Made by a program: the position numbers and the translations under genes. A stretch of 60,909 nucleotides of DNA, the filler included, from Nitrospinota bacterium (GTDB lineage Bacteria > JADFOP01): assembly GCA_022562795.1 (NCBI GenBank). It is 4 parts of 4 records of this genome, joined end to end, with 100 filler letters (N's around TTAATTAATTAA, not from the genome) between each part and the next. Parts side by side here need not be neighbours in the genome. Positions count along the whole stretch, not along the records: positions 46,479 to 60,909 come from JADFOP010000049.1; 3 more parts are not named here. One strand, 5' to 3'. A model generated the notes under the pieces. The model saw only the letters and a program-made list of their open reading frames with translations, was not told where the DNA came from and made no database searches. Of the stretch, positions 58,617 through 60,909 are shown in pieces (position 1 is the stretch's first letter; each line of letters opens with the position of its first letter).

Positions 58617-59983
58617 ATGGGAAACAATCGCATTTTAAAGATGTCCGCCAGGTTGTTTGAGCCTGTAGATGCCGCCTCTCTCGTGTTCTTTCGGGTGACT
58701 TCTGGGCTGATAATGCTCTGGCATGTTTCCGGTTATTGGCCCCATGTCGAAGAACTTTACCTCAGTCCACTCATTCATTTTAAGTATTACGGATTTGGTT
58801 GGGCGCAAGTATTGCCAGGCGATGGGATGTATTACCTGATCTTCTTGCTAGGTTTTCTTGCTTCACTCGTTACATTGGGACTGTTTTATCAGATTGCAAC
58901 TATCCTGTTCTTTTTTGGTATTACTTATGTATTCCTGATGACTCAAGCGATTTACTTAAATCATGTATATTTGATTTGTCTTCTCAGTTTCCTTTTAATT
59001 TTTATCCCTTGTCATCGGTCCTTTTCCCTGGATGCTATAATTTTTCCCAAAGCACGCTCTAAATTTGCTCCTGCTTGGTGTGTATGGTTGTTACGCGCTC
59101 AAATAGGCTTGGTCTACTTCTACGGTGGTATTGCCAAGTTGAACTCCGACTGGTTGCATGGAGAACCAATGAGGACGTGGCTTGCAGGACGTACAGGCTA
59201 CCCAGTCTTGGGTCATTTCTTTAAAGAAGAGTGGTTTGTTTATCGATTAGCCTTGGTGGGCTGGGCTTCGATTTATTTATTGTACCGCTATTGCTCTTTC
59301 GCAAAACCAGGGTAATGGGGCTCCTGCTGGTAACCGCATTTCATCTAACGAATAACTATCTTTTTTATATTGGGATATTTCCATGGTTAATGATCGCGGC
59401 GACCTTGATATTCTTCTCCCCAAGTTGGCCTCGTCGATTAATGGCAACCATTCAACGGAAAGAATTTCATCCGGCAGATGACGTGGCCTACTTGCCAGCC
59501 TTCTCCCCTTCCCATCGTTTGTTGACAACACTCTGCGTAACGGTATATTTGGGTATTCAACTGCTCGTTCCACTCAGGCACTACTTTTATCCCGGTAACG
59601 TGAGTTGGACTGAAGAAGGGCATCGCTTTTCTTGGCATATGAGGCTACGCAGTAAAACAGGTAATTCCATCTTTTTTGTGACAGACCCCGAAAGCCGTAG
59701 GATGCGTGAATACCCTCGTGATAAAATTTTGGATTTTATAACACCACTTCAGTACCGTAATATGTCTACTAGACCGGATATGATTTTACAGTTTAGTCAC
59801 TATCTAGCTGATCGCTTTCAAGAAAGAGGTTATCCTGGCGTTGAAGTCCGAGCTCGTGTGCTAGCCTCCCTTAATGGGAGGGCGCCTCAGCTTTTGATCG
59901 ACCCGGCCGTAGACCTTGTAAGAGTGAAGGCCCGGCTATGGCCACCGGCGCCATGGATTCTTCCCCTTAATGAAGAAAAATAA
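58617..59983 (+). pseudogene. HTTM / vitamin K-dependent gamma-carboxylase-like protein, frameshift near 59244
   Basis: 'ASLVFFR', 'HFKYYGF.W', 'YLNH.YL', 'GIAKLNSDW', 'WTEEGHRFSWHMRLRSK', 'PDMILQF'; 1 nt missing relative to the downstream paralog. Confidence 0.8.
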
Positions 59984-60189
59984 TATGGCTACGTATGGGG
60001 AGACGATGTGAGGCGGGGTGGAACGGATGGGGCTGTGTGGTAACAGGGTTAATCCCTGTTCTCCGAAAGGGGTATCAGCCTGGCGTTTTGTGGCATTGCT
60101 GGAGTAGCTAGAAAGCGACCTATTAAGGATAGGCTCCGGAAACCAGCCACAGTGCAAGGATGCTCTTGAAGGAGGTCACCGCGTAAAGC

Positions 60190-60909
60190 ATGGGAAACAA
60201 TCGGCTTTTAAAAATGTCCGCAAAGCTGTTTGAGCCTGTCGATGTCGCCTCCCTCGTGTTCTTTCGGGTGGTCTTTGGGCTGATAATGCTCTGGGAGGTT
60301 TTCCGTTATTGGCCCCGCATAGAACGGTATTACCTCCTGCCGAAGTTTCACTTTAAATTTTTCGGTTTTAGTTGGGTGAAGGTTCTACCCGGCGCCGGGA
60401 TGTATTACGTATACGCCTTGCTGGGTATTCTTGCTTGCCTCATCACACTAGGACTTTTTTACCGCATCGCAGCCGCCCTGTATACCCTTACTCTTTCGTA
60501 TGTTTTTCTACTCGATAAGACGTACTACCTGAATCACATTTACTTGATTTGCCTTATAAGTTTTCTTTTAATTCTCATCCCCTGCAACCGCTCTTTTTCC
60601 TTGGACGCTTTAATAAACCCCAAAATACGGTCTCAATCTGTTCCTATCTGGTGTGTTTGGCTGTTCCGTGTCCAGATAGCAATTCCTTACTTCTATGGCG
60701 GTCTTGCCAAGTTGAACCCAGACTGGTTTCGAGGAGAACCACTGAGGACGTGGCTCGCAGCCTTTTCAGACACCCCCCTTGTGGGTCAATTCTTTACTAA
60801 GGAATGGGTGGTCTATCTATTTACCTATGGCGGGCTTTCCTTCGATTTATTGATAGTGCCGCTCTTGCTCTTCCGTAGAACACGGCTAATTGCGTACATC
60901 GGGGCGGTA
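60190..60909 (+). CDS. Second HTTM / gamma-carboxylase-like protein (runs off the window end)
   Basis: MGNNRLLKMSAKLFEPVDVASLVFFRVVFG...YLNHIYL...GGLAKLNPDW; open to the window end; not in the ORF track. Confidence 0.88.
   Translation, partial: MGNNRLLKMSAKLFEPVDVASLVFFRVVFGLIMLWEVFRYWPRIERYYLLPKFHFKFFGFSWVKVLPGAGMYYVYALLGILACLITLGLFYRIAAALYTLTLSYVFLLDKTYYLNHIYLICLISFLLILIPCNRSFSLDALINPKIRSQSVPIWCVWLFRVQIAIPYFYGGLAKLNPDWFRGEPLRTWLAAFSDTPLVGQFFTKEWVVYLFTYGGLSFDLLIVPLLLFRRTRLIAYIGAV

Overview
Bacterial draft/MAG sequence made of four contigs joined by artificial 100-nt N linkers that contain TTAATTAATTAA (16288-16387, 31570-31669, 46379-46478), so adjacency across the linkers is meaningless. 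Contig 1 starts with the 5' end of secA and an M23 peptidase gene. Between them sits a ~2 kb IS1-like element (imperfect terminal inverted repeats, 8-bp target duplication, decayed transposase) carrying hicAB. It then runs into a ~12.7 kb minus-strand metal/redox island, which is the main result. The ORF track breaks up or misses seven genes there because they contain 10 in-frame TGA codons in total. Most fall at positions where the family has cysteine, and nearly all are followed by a SECIS-like hairpin. The inferred selenoproteins are: MerP/HMA (GMVUGAU), MerT-like (UU), glutaredoxin (USSC), a Trx-fold 'SPTUGVC' protein, an MBL-fold hydrolase, a PCYCGC protein (UAIC) and a secreted 407-aa protein with two Sec. 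They sit with Cys-type MerT/MerF, ArsR-rhodanese, MFS, SCO, two TlpA proteins and an exported truncated globin. Contig 2 has trxA, an HtrA protease, an alternative sigma-70 and a glucose dehydrogenase-GH15-NDH2-HD-GYP-gnd-zwf-pgl cluster. Contig 3 is a surface-glycan locus with a GPI-ethanolamine-phosphate-transferase-like protein, followed by tRNA-Ala(CGC), an XRE regulator and radC. Contig 4 is mostly housekeeping (folE, mreB, dnaN) and ends in tandem HTTM/gamma-carboxylase-like genes. All family assignments come from motif recognition by eye; no database searches were run.
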